A DNA stretch of 63,051 nucleotides, filler included, from Perkinsus chesapeaki ATCC PRA-425 (Eukaryota > Protista > Perkinsozoa), in NCBI GenBank assembly GCA_013115145.1. It is 4 parts of 4 records of this genome, joined end to end, with 100 filler letters (N's around TTAATTAATTAA, not from the genome) between each part and the next. Parts side by side here need not be neighbours in the genome. Positions count along the whole stretch, not along the records: positions 1 to 28,670 come from JAAPAO010000467.1; positions 28,771 to 30,129 come from JAAPAO010002019.1; positions 30,230 to 59,879 come from JAAPAO010000452.1; 1 more part is not named here. The stretch is one strand, 5' to 3'. The notes under the pieces were generated by a model. It saw only the letters and a list, made by a program, of their open reading frames with translations. It was not told the origin of the DNA and made no database searches. The position numbers and the translations under genes were made by a program. Below are positions 21,645 to 33,336 of this stretch, one piece after another. Numbering within the stretch: position 1 is the stretch's first letter; each line of letters starts with the position of its first letter.

Positions 21645-24600
21645 CTATCGTCTGTATCTATCACGTTTGAAGTTGAAGTGTAACTGCAGCATGCCTCTCT
21701 CGAACACAGCCTTAAAGCCACTTCTTCTATCATAGTCCCATTCCTTATTCGCTATCTTAAAAGCAATGTCCTCGTATGGTGGCCCTGCCGAGAACCGGAG
21801 GATGATCGTTCCAGGGGTTGGGGAAGCCTCTTGATGGTACTGAAACAAACAGGCAATCTTCCATCACCAAGAACACCGACGACAAGGAAGGGCGCAAGAA
21901 CATACACGAAGAGCTTGTATAGTGACAGACCAATGACACATCGCTCAGTGGCCGACATATTTCTGCTGGGTGGCAGGAATAACATCCCAACTACTGGTCC
22001 CTACGGACAACTTCGAAAGGCTCGTTGCGTCAACGGGGTCATCCAAATTATAAATAAGCGAACTCGAACGCACAGAATTTCCCATTGAAGTCGTCTATCA
22101 AAGTCTCTTAAATCAATGCCACAAAGATACTCCCAAAACTCGGCAGTAGCGCGGCGGAGAGTACTCAATGACATAGACTCAGCGATGATGAGCTCACCTG
22201 TGGCGTCTTCCTCATGTCAATAAGATCCGGATAAAGTATGTTAAATCGATATCCCATCACCCTCTTAGGCGGAGGAGTGTCCTTGTCATAATGAGTCTGA
22301 TTGTATTTATTCCAGTCGTAACCAGTCTTAACCTTGTTATAGAACTTCGGTTTACGAGGTCGATATCTGACGACAGATGACGATCGATCAAACAGAAGCG
22401 AGAGGAAAAGTAGCAAACGAGTTAATAAAAATGTTATGAATGAAAAGTGCGCGAAGGTTGGGTGTTGCTCGATAGCGTTAGTGAACAATGAAAACCGTGC
22501 CATGTGGATGAGTCTTCTCGAGATTATCATCAGCAAGTAGTTGGAGGTGAATCAGTTAGTGGTAATTCGTGTCAACATCAGTTCAGGGAATAATGAAAAA
22601 AAATAATTTTACACAAGTAACATTTGGCATGCTAAAGTCAATACTGTCCTATAGCATCCACAAAAGGTTCATTTCGCAGAATGAAACGCCCCAGAATAAC
22701 CGAAGTCAGCCTTCAACTTGGTTTCTTTGCTTTTCCCAATTTCGTCAGCTTACTTATCTTCCCAAGCGTATCTTTTGTTAGCCTCGCCAGGTTCCACGTA
22801 AAGATCCGAGAACATCTCTTCGGTAACATCGCCATCATCAACTTTCCTGTTCCTTTCCTCGGCCAGCAGTCGTTTCTCGGCAGCAGTGAGAAGGTTCGCC
22901 TAGAAATAATAGATGAATCGATGACAGAGACATTCGTAAAATACGCTCGTTGTGACGATGAAATTATTTTGTTCAGCCGAGCCGAAAGCCAGAGTAATCA
23001 TCCAATTCCACAGCGATACGTTTCTAGTGCGAAGAAACTTCTACACGAATTGTGTCCCCTGGATGAAGAGATACGTCAAATAGTAAATATCGACACTCAC
23101 TTCCTGTTTGGCACTCCTGTCCTGTCTGTGCCACTGCTCCACAACCTTCCTCCGAAGATCAGCAAGCTCCGATCGACTGGCGGCTTCTGTGATCGGTTCC
23201 AACGCCGAAGTCCCTCGATCAATAGGGACAGGGGAAACCGCTCGGCGACGAGAGGTCCGACCTGGCAAAATATCATAACCGAATCTCGATGTCATCTTTG
23301 CTAAGTCACCTTCGACAGATGACTCCGAAACAATCGAGGGCGCAGGGGACTCCTCCGGGCTTGCTGGAACTGCTGAAGCGGGGCCGCTGAGAGAAACCGA
23401 TTCCACGAAAGAAATTTATACGTCAAAGTTTCCACACATGTGATAGGGAATCGCCAAAGGAGCTTCACAGCCGACCAATACAGTACTGAAGAGCGCACTT
23501 GGCGTGCTCATTCGACAGTGACGGGGTCGAGAAATAACACGACACTAGATGGTACCTCTCCTCCTTTGCTGTGCTCTTGCTGTCTACAATTTCAACGTCA
23601 TCATCATCCCCTATCGTTGCGGCCACTTTCTCGACCACTTTACGAGCTTCACGGTGAACTTCATCGACGCGCAAACGGGAGATGTAGTGTGGTATCCTGA
23701 AAGAAGCGCTCCAATCAGTCAATCGCGGTGAAGTCTTTGTGGCATGCTTCTAGTTACGTATCAAACAAATATTATATTCAGTTACGCACTATAAGGATTT
23801 AAATGAACGGAGGATATCTTCAACCTCCAATTGCGCAGTACAAGTAATTTAAAGATATCTTTGAAGATTCCTCGACCTCCAATTGCGCAGTATAAATAAT
23901 TTAAAGATATCTTTGAAGATTCCTCGACCAATTGCGCACTACAAATAATATGAGGACCTGGAGAGATCTTCAAGAGATCCCCAATTGCGCACTACGGCGA
24001 TTTTCGAGGGCAAAAAAACACCTCTGAAGATTCCTTAACCTCCATTTACGCACTACAAAGATTCCAAAAGCAAAATATCTTACAAAGATTCCACTACGCA
24101 CAGCAAAGATTCTTTCCAGCAAATACTTACTTTTCCAACGCCGCCGTGATGAACTCCTCATCGACCGCATCAGATGGACCACCACTGTCCTACAACAATC
24201 AACAGCATCTCACCTACTCGCCAAACCCTAGTGACCGCGCGCCACAAAATGCCGTCATTCAGGAACCACCTTGCTACAAGACGCTGTTTTCTGAAGGCGT
24301 TGTTCTGCACGCTCCTCGATTGATGTTTCCTCCTTCGTGAAAGTGACACCTTCCCAAGGCTTTCCATATTAGCTCCATTTCGGAAACACTCCAAAAAATT
24401 AACGAAATTAAAAAAATCCTAATTTTTTTCCAAAATTTTCCCTGGTTCTCAGTTTATTACCTTGCTCGTTAAAAGCCATTTAAGCTCGTCTTCAACTCCT
24501 CTTAGAACAGCCGATGATTTAATCCCCACGAGGAGAGCCTCGACGGAGCTGTCCTCGACACCAAGCCCACTGGTCGGTGCAACTGACGCAAGAAATAATA

Positions 24601-26299
24601 CTGCTAAAGCGAAAAGTCACGCGCCAAGAGATATCGCGAAATCCGCGATGTGACTCCTCGAATTTGACGTGTGAAAAGATCTGCCTTAAGATTCTCGCTC
24701 TCTCGATTGCGTTGTTTTTCTCTCAAGTCTTACTATTCCCTTTTCAACTTATACTATACGTTGATACGTCTAATGGCCCAGCAAGTCCCCTTTATTAAGC
24801 ACTGCTTACGCATACTGACACGGTCAACTGCTGCGCATCCCTCAAGTCCCCCTCCCGATTACGTTTCGGCCCCGCCTCCGTCTTAGCCGCCAACTGTTCC
24901 TTCACCAAGGCATGCACACAATGCCAGAAGTCCGCATCCTCTCCCTTCCCTCTATCTCGTGCTGCCCGCTCGAGGTCCGTGATGTGCTCGGCGGAAGCCT
25001 CCAATTCGGCGGCCGGCAAACTCTACAGAAAAAACAATAATAACATCACCCAGGATAGAACCCACGACCTGTGGATGCAATTCCGGCTGCTCTACCATTA
25101 CACCCAAGAGTCGCAAAATAACATGACATGTCCCTCGAAGGGAGGCATTTGATGTCTCCTTTTTGACTAAGACCACTTTCTACAACCATATTAACCGCAT
25201 TCCCCCCCGATCATGATCCTCGAGGAATACACTTCGCTAGATGCCTCCCCGTTTCTACCGCTATCGTATCCGTGACCAGCGGAGATTCCAGTATAGTATA
25301 ATCTTCATAGGGGTACTTCTCCCTCCCTCTGGTGGCCAACAAGAGCTCCTTATAAAGGTAATCTTCCAAATGCTCTGTACTCGTTTTAATACGTAATGAA
25401 CATCTCAATGCTGCTTGGGACTGAATGAGAGAAACCGATACCAAAGATTCTTAAGAGGTCGGAACGATGTCACAGCCGGAGTAATACAAAGTAAAGACAT
25501 CGATGAATATGTACCTGCCTATCGATAAGTGAGCACCACTTGTACATGAGAACTTGAAGGTAAAACTTCCAACCCATATTTTTTCATCAGGACCCGAAAC
25601 GGTTGATTAGTTTGCATTCGCTTAGTCACGATGCGATGTTCTAATTGAGGAAAGTCGAATGTCCCCAGAAGGAGTGCATTCCTTTTGCAATCTATTTTCT
25701 CACGAACTTCCAGCTGTATCTTCGCATTCAGACCCGCAGAGAAAATTCCCGCGAGGCTACATGAACCTCTTACTACCACTACTCGTTTTCTCCTATTATT
25801 ACAATATCGAACTTCTCCTCCTTCGCCAGCCAGTCCTTGTACTCATCCTCCATCATTTCCCTTTCTCTTTCACTCCGCTGCTGCTCGAGCAGACTCTCCT
25901 CAGCGGCTCGCTCTTCTCGCCGTTGTCGAATTTGGACGACTTCATTTAAATTGGCTCTGACGAAAAACGATCATCGTCAGGTTCGAACCCACAACCTCCT
26001 GAACCACAGCCATGCCTCCCACCACTCCACCATTACTTCGCTTGCTCCCGTGCTTCACTCGATCGTAACGGCCGGACCCCCGCGGCCTCTTGGAACTGCT
26101 CCTTCTTCTTCCATCTAAACACCAGCTGCCTTCAACCCCCCCAGCTCCCGAGCTACTACCTAAACGTCGAGGCGAGGTTCGAATCGCCGAAGGGATTGTT
26201 GTCATTTGTGTAGCCCAGCGAGGTGCTCAACTCCGCTTCCCTCACTTTGGCCCGTTTAGCATCTCGATGATGATGAGTCGACGAGGAAGAAGTGGCCAT
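21645..26299 (-). CDS. CACTIN: Cactin (spliceosome-associated factor), multi-exon
   Basis: GYTNDNNPFGDSNLASTF, WKKKEQ..., QAALRCSLRI, DADFW, YRPRKPKFYNKVKTGYDWNKYNQTHYDKDTPPPKRVMGYRFNILYPDLID, and C-terminal ILRFSAGPPYEDIAFKIANKEW...FKRDRYRR*. Confidence 0.93.
23820..24110. repeat. Degenerate minisatellite of about 50 bp in a cactin intron
   Basis: CCAATTGCGCA(G/C)TA recurs at about 23828, 23879, 23928 and 23982, with decayed copies near 24042 and 24091. Confidence 0.85.
25041..25112 (-). pseudogene. Heavily decayed full-length (72-nt) tRNA relic in a cactin intron, sense orientation
   Basis: GACTCTT-GG-GTGTAATGGTAGAGC-A-GCCGG-AATTGCA-TCCAC-AGGTC-GTGGG-TTCTATC-CTGGG-TGATGTT-A. It keeps tRNA length and register with A- and B-box-like motifs, but the stems are broken. 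Followed by TTATTGTTTTTTCTGTAG (the acceptor). Confidence 0.6.
25968..25997 (-). pseudogene. tRNA 3'-half fragment, sense, at the 3' end of cactin intron 25957-26036
   Basis: AGGTT-GTGGG-TTCGAAC-CTGAC-GATGATC-G-TTTTT-CGTCAG| then exon ANLNEVVQIR. Confidence 0.75.
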
Positions 26300-26347
26300 A
26301 AGAAAGGAAGAGCTGCAATTAAATTACATTACTGCATTCCACCAAAG

Positions 26348-27050
26348 TCAAAGCATTAGTTGGCCAAGATCTTGGGAATTTTCCGACAAAATACCGAGTG
26401 GGAAATGCAGCATTTGAAACGGTTCCCGACCGAGTCGACCAGGCGAGGCAGTTGAGCTGTGGACTGGGGTTGCCCGCGGACCCTGAATCGGGGGTGAGTC
26501 TGAGTCGGTAGCCAGGAAACCAACCAACACAGTAACCGCAGATTTCATTAATTCCCTCCTCAGTTGAGTCTCCAACGAGATTCAGCGAGTCACCTGCGAC
26601 TCTTTGGACAAGTCACATACGCCCAAAGCTGGCAGCAGTGACAGCTGGTAGCTCTAGGATGATGTCCTTCTTCTACCCTTTCTAAGGGGAAATAGCCTCA
26701 CTGACCCAACGACGTGGACTTAGAACTACACCACAACAACAACAAATGCGTATGTTGTGTTATCTATGGGATCCAAGTCGCATTGGAGATCCCCCCCCCC
26801 CGCAGTTCCTTCTCCAGCGTTCACACAACCCCGCAGAAATTACACAACGAGCGAAGACCGACAAAAGTAGACCTGCGGAAAGACTATAGGAGAACCGCTT
26901 ACCAGTTCGCTGCAATCGTGAAGCCAATTTAGGGGACAGGCGTTCCTCGTTGAGGGTCAGAAAGTGCTCCCAGTGTCGAGAGGAAAGTTTGACGATATTC
27001 TCACCCTTGTGGAATAAGAAGTATTCTCCCATTATGAAGCTTTCGAGTTG
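26348..27050 (-). CDS. Hypothetical protein (fragmentary exon evidence)
   Basis: Open frames MGEYFLFHKGENIVKLSSRHWEHF... and ...LRRELMKSAVTVLVGFL. No family recognised. Confidence 0.3.
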
Positions 27051-27168
27051 CTCCAACGCCACCAAGTTACCGAGTACCCGACTATCTACTTCGAACACAA
27101 GGACCTCGAATCAAGCTGAAACGAATCTTATTAGCTCAATGCATGCACTCAACTCCCCCAAAAGATAC

Positions 27169-27493
27169 TCAAGCTTGTCCATTTTTATTTTCCTTATATT
27201 CCTGCATACAAAGCTTGTATCGATCCCTCAGCTCCTCGCAGTCGGTCGCCCGCAACCCTTCAGGCTTCCTGCCATACCAACCTCACCGACGTGAAGCACG
27301 CAAGTGTTTGCCAAAGAGAAAATTTCAAACCCGTTCTTTACGGTTGGGCAGCCAGGATTGGACCCACAAGCGGCAGGAGTAAGTCTTACGATTTCACGCA
27401 CGCCACAAATGCGTCCATTTCCGGCTGGCAAGGCAGATCCTGTTCAATCGGAGGGGCAGGAGGCGGTGCAGAGGTTGATGTATTGGCACCCAT
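27169..27493 (-). CDS. Small twin-CX9C (CHCH) protein of about 67 aa, 2 exons
   Basis: MGANTSTSAPPPAPPIEQDLP-C-QPEMDAFVA-C-VKS|KPEGLRATD-C-EELRDRYKL-C-MQEYKENKNGQA*. A GT-AG intron joins the exons in phase. Confidence 0.75.
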
Positions 27494-27609
27494 TGAAAAA
27501 ATCTTAGGTCGAAGCGTGCAAGATACGCGAAAGGTCGACTGTATTAGCACATGAAACCAAACAATTGCTTTATGAGATACTGTGTCTAACCATTATAATT
27601 CCTCCATAT

Positions 27610-28040
27610 TCACTCAGACTTCTTCCCCTTCTGTTTCTTCTCCTCCTTCTCCAATCTCTTACTCTGGGCGTCCAAATACTTATGATGGCTCAATGACAGC
27701 AGCACGCATAAGATGGCATATAACAATACATGCGTAAGGTTGAATTCGAAACGGTTGCCCTGAAAAAACAACAACACCAAAGCTCCCCTCCATCCTCGCC
27801 TCCACCACGCTGACCAAACCTTCTGGATTCCGATGGAAAACGCGAAGTGGTGCTTTTACGCGGTCAGAAAAGATCACAACCAAGTGCGAGCTCCTCTCTA
27901 TCGAGGAAGGAGTGACAATCTCCGGCCATACAAGGCCTTTAGCTCAACGAACAATCAAGCAAACGACTTGCTCTAGAGCTATAAAGACGAGCTTGAAGCA
28001 TGCATCTCGTATGGGACAAAGATACCGCCTCGTTCTCCAT
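27610..28040 (-). CDS. Hypothetical small protein with basic C-terminus
   Basis: Exons HLVVIFSDRVKAPLRVFHRNPEG... and LLSLSHHKYLDAQSKRLEKEEKKQKGKKSE*. Start uncertain. Confidence 0.4.
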
Positions 28041-28268
28041 CTTAATTCATCACCGAATATGCTTTTAGACATTTCTAACATTCGCATGCTTTGCCAAACC
28101 GACCTTAAGACGCTCAATGTCGACTAAATGGATGACTGTACTTTACACTGTAGAAGATCTCAGCATCGACAAAGGGTGCGGTAAAAAACAAACGCATTTT
28201 TTCTGCTATTATATTTCCTCTTCCATCCCTCAGAAGTCCTTCCACTGAGGTATGATTTTCAACCATCC

Positions 28269-28670
28269 TCATACGCCGTAACGTGCTGCCCTGCGGACCT
28301 TGAATGGTAGAGCATTCGCCACAAGATTCCCAAAAGCTCCGAGCTTGTTCCTCTCAGTAATAACAACCATATGATGCACCAGTCCCATACAGTATCTGAA
28401 ATGACCCTGTGCGATGGCCTTCCTCTCGGCCACTTACAAAGCAGCACCAGCAAGTATAACAGTGAACATGGCCAGGACTGCCGAGTCTAGCAGACGACCT
28501 AGGTTGGCGATGGCACCCATTAGGAGACGAAGGGACGATCGAAAAAATGAAACCTGACCAGTTTTCAGCACATTCGGTCCAAGTAGGTAAGTTCACTTTG
28601 TCGCAGAGACTGCGATATAGATCACAATGGCGAGCGCAATAATGTTGGCTAAGTAGAGAATGGAGACAGG
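28269..28670 (-). CDS. C-terminal fragment of a hypothetical membrane protein (cut by gap)
   Basis: Hydrophobic exons ILYLANIIALAIVIYIAVS and LLDSAVLAMFTVILAGAAL, separated by short GT-AG introns. Confidence 0.4.
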
Positions 28671-28714
28671 NNNNNNNNNNNNNNNNNNNNNNNNNNNNNN
28701 NNNNNNNNNNNNNN

Positions 28715-28726
28715 TTAATTAATTAA
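28715..28726. other. Artificial six-frame-stop contig linker within a 100-nt N gap
   Basis: N44-TTAATTAATTAA-N44. The same construct occurs at 30174-30185 and 59924-59935. Confidence 0.97.
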
Positions 28727-30032
28727 NNNNNNNNNNNNNNNNNNNNNNNNNNNNNNNNNNNNNNNNNNNNTTACTTATCCTCTCTTCGCTTACTTCAACC
28801 CTGTCAAGGACTGGGCTGCTTATGATGCGAAGCAGATTCGTCCAGAGCTTTGAACGATGAACTAAGTTCCACAGCTTATCCTGCCTTTTTCTATTATTAG
28901 TAATGCCCGTTCGCAAGGACTGTAGGTCCGGGTATACTGGGAACTTTTTACGACATTTATATTTCTTTGGTTACCAGAAATCGAGCATGTTGTGTTTATG
29001 TCTCACAATGGAGCTGGCAGGGATTGTACGGGCCGGCGCAACAAAGCCATATAGGTGATGCCTCAGGGTTTGTGTACATAGCAATCACGTCAGCGGTATT
29101 GAGCCGCAAAACTCATGTTTTAGGCTTAGTGCTTATTGCGTGCCAAACAAAGCCCCTTACTGAGCAAGCATTACTCTAGTAAAAGCGTGCTATGCTACAC
29201 TTAACTGGTCGATTCTAAGCTCCAGAAGTTCATCCCACCATGGTACGAATGAAGGCGACGAAATCGAATGCACTGTAGAATGAACTCGTGAAGCTCAACT
29301 AGGGTTTCAGTTGTTACATACATACCTTCTCCCCTGAAACCGACAGTGTTGCGTGTGCTACCCTTCACGAGCTACCGCTTAGCTACGCGGATGCGAGTAT
29401 TTCCTACGGCGTGCCTAATAGGCACTGCCTATATCAAGCGTTTTAGGTTCTTAGTAATACTTTTCTCAGAGACAGCTTGAACTGAGGAAATCAGTGCATT
29501 TGTTAAGCGAACGTGAACCCAGGAAATTGTTCTACGCTTATATTACACTACGCCGGCCAAATCCTGTAGGCTACACCCTCTGTGGCACGGGTTCCGTAAC
29601 GCCGCCTCTAACGATTTGATACTATCGAAGGCGTGGTACAGGAACTGGCCAAAGCTGGACTGTAAACGATTATCGCTTCACAACTCATGGCAAGAACTAA
29701 CAGCGTTGCATGTACACCCTTGCTAGAGTTCTCCTTGTTCGTCGATAAGCGAATACTCTCTAGACATGATTTAGATGGTGTGGCCATATGCTCTGTTGAA
29801 CATTCTAAACTTCTAATCATATCACGCTCCAAGCACAAGGACGTAGCGGATATACCTGCACAATTCAAGCTAAGATTCTCTGTTAGCTTAGGCTGTCCTC
29901 TAGCTCTTTCAGCATCAGTTCTGTGTGCATCTTCAGAGGCTTTGTCCCTTCTTGTGGAGCGTGATCACTAATACCACTATTTTTCGTCCGGGTTTGTTTC
30001 AGAGCTGTGACGTTTCAGTTTTTTTACGTGCG

Positions 30033-30129
30033 ATGTCTGAGTCGTCCTGCAATCAAGTTATCGTCGTTGGTGGCGGCCTCGCAGGGTTTTCTGCTGCTAA
30101 TAGTATTTTAGAGAATGGTGGGAGCGTAC
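30033..30129 (+). CDS. 5' fragment of an FAD-dependent oxidoreductase (soluble fumarate reductase/Osm1-like), truncated by gap
   Basis: MSESSCNQVIVVGGGLAGFSAANSILENGGSV, a Rossmann GxGxxG motif. Confidence 0.7.
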
Positions 30130-30173
30130 NNNNNNNNNNNNNNNNNNNNNNNNNNNNNNNNNNNNNNNNNNNN

Positions 30174-30185
30174 TTAATTAATTAA
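30174..30185. other. Artificial six-frame-stop contig linker
   Basis: TTAATTAATTAA centred in an N gap. Confidence 0.97.
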
Positions 30186-30423
30186 NNNNNNNNNNNNNNN
30201 NNNNNNNNNNNNNNNNNNNNNNNNNNNNNCTGAGTCGCTCAAGAGACACCCAAGCCTGAATTGAACCCGGAAATCGTCTATCACTTGCCTAGAGTCCATC
30301 ACCCGCAGTACCGGGAGCGAACGCGGAGTAGACGAGAAAAGTGGCAGGGAAAGTAATAAAGTGGCGAGCGGAGAAAAAGTGGCGCGGCAAGAAAAAAAGT
30401 GGCGGGAGAAAAGAAGGAGAAAA

Positions 30424-30450
30424 TGCCCGACCCGGGGATCGAACCCGGAC
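30424..30450 (-). pseudogene. tRNA 3'-half fragment with perfect T-arm
   Basis: GT-CCGGG-TTCGATC-CCCGG-GTCGGGC-A-TTTT. No complementary 5' acceptor strand upstream. Confidence 0.75.
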
Positions 30451-30531
30451 GAAAAGTCCAAGACGCAGCGAGTAGTTTCGTGGCGCGCTATCTGACATCT
30501 CCGTCTTTATAAACGGGTATGTCAACTCAAG

Positions 30532-31568
30532 ATCATGATTCTTCTCGAGCTATGATGGAACAAGTGTTTTCTGTTGCTGGTACTATACCGGAACGAGCAC
30601 TTATGGTCGGCACTTGGCTAGGTAAGCTCAGACGGCTTAATGTGAGTTTTACAATATATTTAATTCACAGTATGAAAATATAATTAGATTACATCGAACA
30701 GTTTATAACTTATTACCCCATAATCCACCATACCGTTCGCCACCTTCCTTAAGCTTGAAATTGTTGAAAGTGCGTCATTCACCAGGTAGGGGTATCTTCA
30801 CTAGTACATTATTCGGTATTGTGGGCGGTCATCTTGGAGTCTTCACATTTGGTTGTGGTCCTGTTATACCATTCGCAGTTGGATCCTGGCTTGGATTCAC
30901 TGCTAGTTTATTATGGTCTTATAAAAGTGAGCGGAGCGAAGCTATACGATATTGCTATATGTATGTCAACTATTGGTACTGACCAATACTAAACTAATAG
31001 GTATCCAAGGTTGATGCAAGTAGGTCTGCAAAGGCTCATGTCTGGTCAAGGGAGACCTTTGTATTTCGCGGACCCTGTACACTCTGACACGGTAATATAT
31101 GATGTGCGATATCTACTAACCCGTAGAAATGAAATTAACATAGGCAATTGATTAAATGGCGAATTTTGATAGTTCCATGAATGTGCTGCCGCCAACGCTA
31201 CCCCCAGACTACCAGTCGTGGATTAGGCTTCTGGCGGTTACATCGTTATTGCTACTGTAGAAGGTGATCTGGCTGTTCTCGAGCTTAGGCTTGCCAATAG
31301 CTCATTTCATCTAGTCTACGTGGTTTATTTATCATCTCTATACTTTCAACTTCAGGTGGATTGGGAAGGATTCATGAAGGGTTTAGAAAGCAGCTGGGTG
31401 AAGACAGGTTGGGCAATCACGGCCATGTATTCAATCAGGCCAGCCATCAAAGAGGTATTACCTGCACCTCAGAAATGCCGCAGCAATTGGAAGATTATTG
31501 TTTTTGGATTTTATCAGCTCGAGGAGCGGAAGATTGCCGGTGTCACGGAGGAGTATGCTGCGGTTTGA
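30532..31568 (+). CDS. Uncharacterised membrane protein (multi-exon, 5' end uncertain)
   Basis: Gly-rich hydrophobic exon TLFGIVGGHLGVFTFGCGPVIPFAVGSWLGFTASLLWSY, then YPRLM and VDWEGFMKGLESSWVKTGWAITAMY...EEYAAV*, with GT-AG junctions. Confidence 0.55.
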
Positions 31569-32021
31569 TGTTTATGTGCGGGGCTTTGTCCTTAACCAAT
31601 AGGGAGTGGTGTTGGCGTACTGTTGAGGGTTTATAATAGGAAAAGAGGCATTCTGTAGGAGGGGTTCTGCTTTGTCGATTGAGGGTAGCATTTTTGGTTT
31701 AATGGTCGAATCGAGCGAGTCGATGAGGTCACTGCGGAGGGCATTGACTGAGGCAGGAGTTACGTGGTCTATTACGGATGATGAGGATATGTTAAGGGAA
31801 AGGTTGGGAGGTAGTTTTTGGGAGTATTGATATATTCATGACTAGTCAACGCAGGTGGTGTGCAGAATGTCCGTAAATATTCGTTTTACCGAAGTAGTGA
31901 TTTAGAGTAGTAAAGCTGCTCCCGGTGTGCCTCGTAGCTTGTGAAGGGTTTAGTTATGGGAAATGAAAGTCAAACAATTATGAGGCGAAATAGTATTTCT
32001 GAAATATTATTTATTAATGTG

Positions 32022-32230
32022 AATATTATTTATTATAGTAGNNNNNNNNNNNNNNNNNNNNNNNNNNNNNNNNNNNNNNNNNNNNNNNNNNNNNNNNNNN
32101 NNNNNNNNNNNNNNNNNNNNNNNNNNNNNNNNNNNNAGTAGATATTATTTATTATAGTAGATATTATTTATTATAGTAGATATTATTTATTATAGTAGAT
32201 ATTATTTATTATAGTAGATATTATTTATTA
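32022..32230. repeat. 19-bp AT-rich minisatellite spanning an N gap
   Basis: (AGATATTATTTATTATAGT)n, with at least 4 copies after the gap and a partial copy before it. Confidence 0.9.
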
Positions 32231-33336
32231 ATGTGAGTATTGTTGATTGCATAACCTACCCATCATTTGCCATATAGTATCAGTCGGTCGAAGCTTAGAC
32301 GCTTCTTTGATCAGGTCATCCTGGATTCGAATTCCATACAGGATTATTAACCAGAGGGGAGAATAGACTATTATGTAACTTGAGGGAGCTAACAGTGACC
32401 GTGGTGGATAGAGCGGTGAATACGAATGAAGCACCGGTAATGAAGGACAAAGCGATAGAGGTAATATCGGGGAGGGGGTGGGGTCGGTTGGTTGTTGTTG
32501 TTGTTCTCTTTGTGTCCGTTCGGCAATCCTCCTTGTTATATGATGGTTAATCTGATCGCAGTGTTTAATACGGTCACTTTTTTGATAGTACTTTCACTCA
32601 GTTTCCTGGTATAACGGTGCTCTGTGATGTGTAATATAATGCTGTTCTATCCACTCAACAATATACGATATACACCAAGTATTGATATTTTGTTGAAGAA
32701 AATAATTTGGACTAGTTCTCAGTTATAAGCTATCACTCGATTGTTCCTTCAGTGGTCGCCTTAAGGTTTGAGTGGTAGGAAATGCAGAGGGTATGTAAAA
32801 TTCGAGATAGCAGAGCGTGATACAACTTTAATAGTATTAATGTGACTACTGAGTTTATAATAATATTGAATATCTCTAAATGAGCAACCTCGATTATTCA
32901 TCGACTAAATTATTAACTACTACTCTGGGCTAGGTTTATAGCAGCGAGTACTGTCGTATTAGATATTACTGTGTAGAGGAGAGGAGTCGTAGAGCTCTGC
33001 AGAAATGTGGTCTCGGGAGCTCTACAGTGCGAACCAAACCGTTATGCAAATTCGTCTTTTTGCTATAACTTTTTTAATTTTACGACTTAGAACATGAAAC
33101 TTGGAAGATAGCATGATGGTAACAGTTAAGAATACTTTTTATAATATCATGACCGTTTCTCCACCCAATAGAAGTAATGCGGAGGAACTGTAATGGGAAT
33201 TTTGCTATGAAGGAGACAACAAAGCCATTCCGGCTGGACCTGAAATCGATGTTTGTCTGCGACTCCGTGGATACGATATATTTATATAATATGCATACAA
33301 ATAGGTCAAGGATCAAATAGATCCTGAGTTATTACT

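Noticed and set aside
26165-26190. B-box-like GGTTCGAATC
   Set aside because: It is the reverse complement of conserved cactin coding sequence (NPFGDSNL) and lacks the tRNA register and T-run.
28671-28770. TTAATTAATTAA palindrome within N runs (also 30174 and 59924)
   Set aside because: Identical N44-12mer-N44 construct with stops in all six frames; an assembly linker, not biology.
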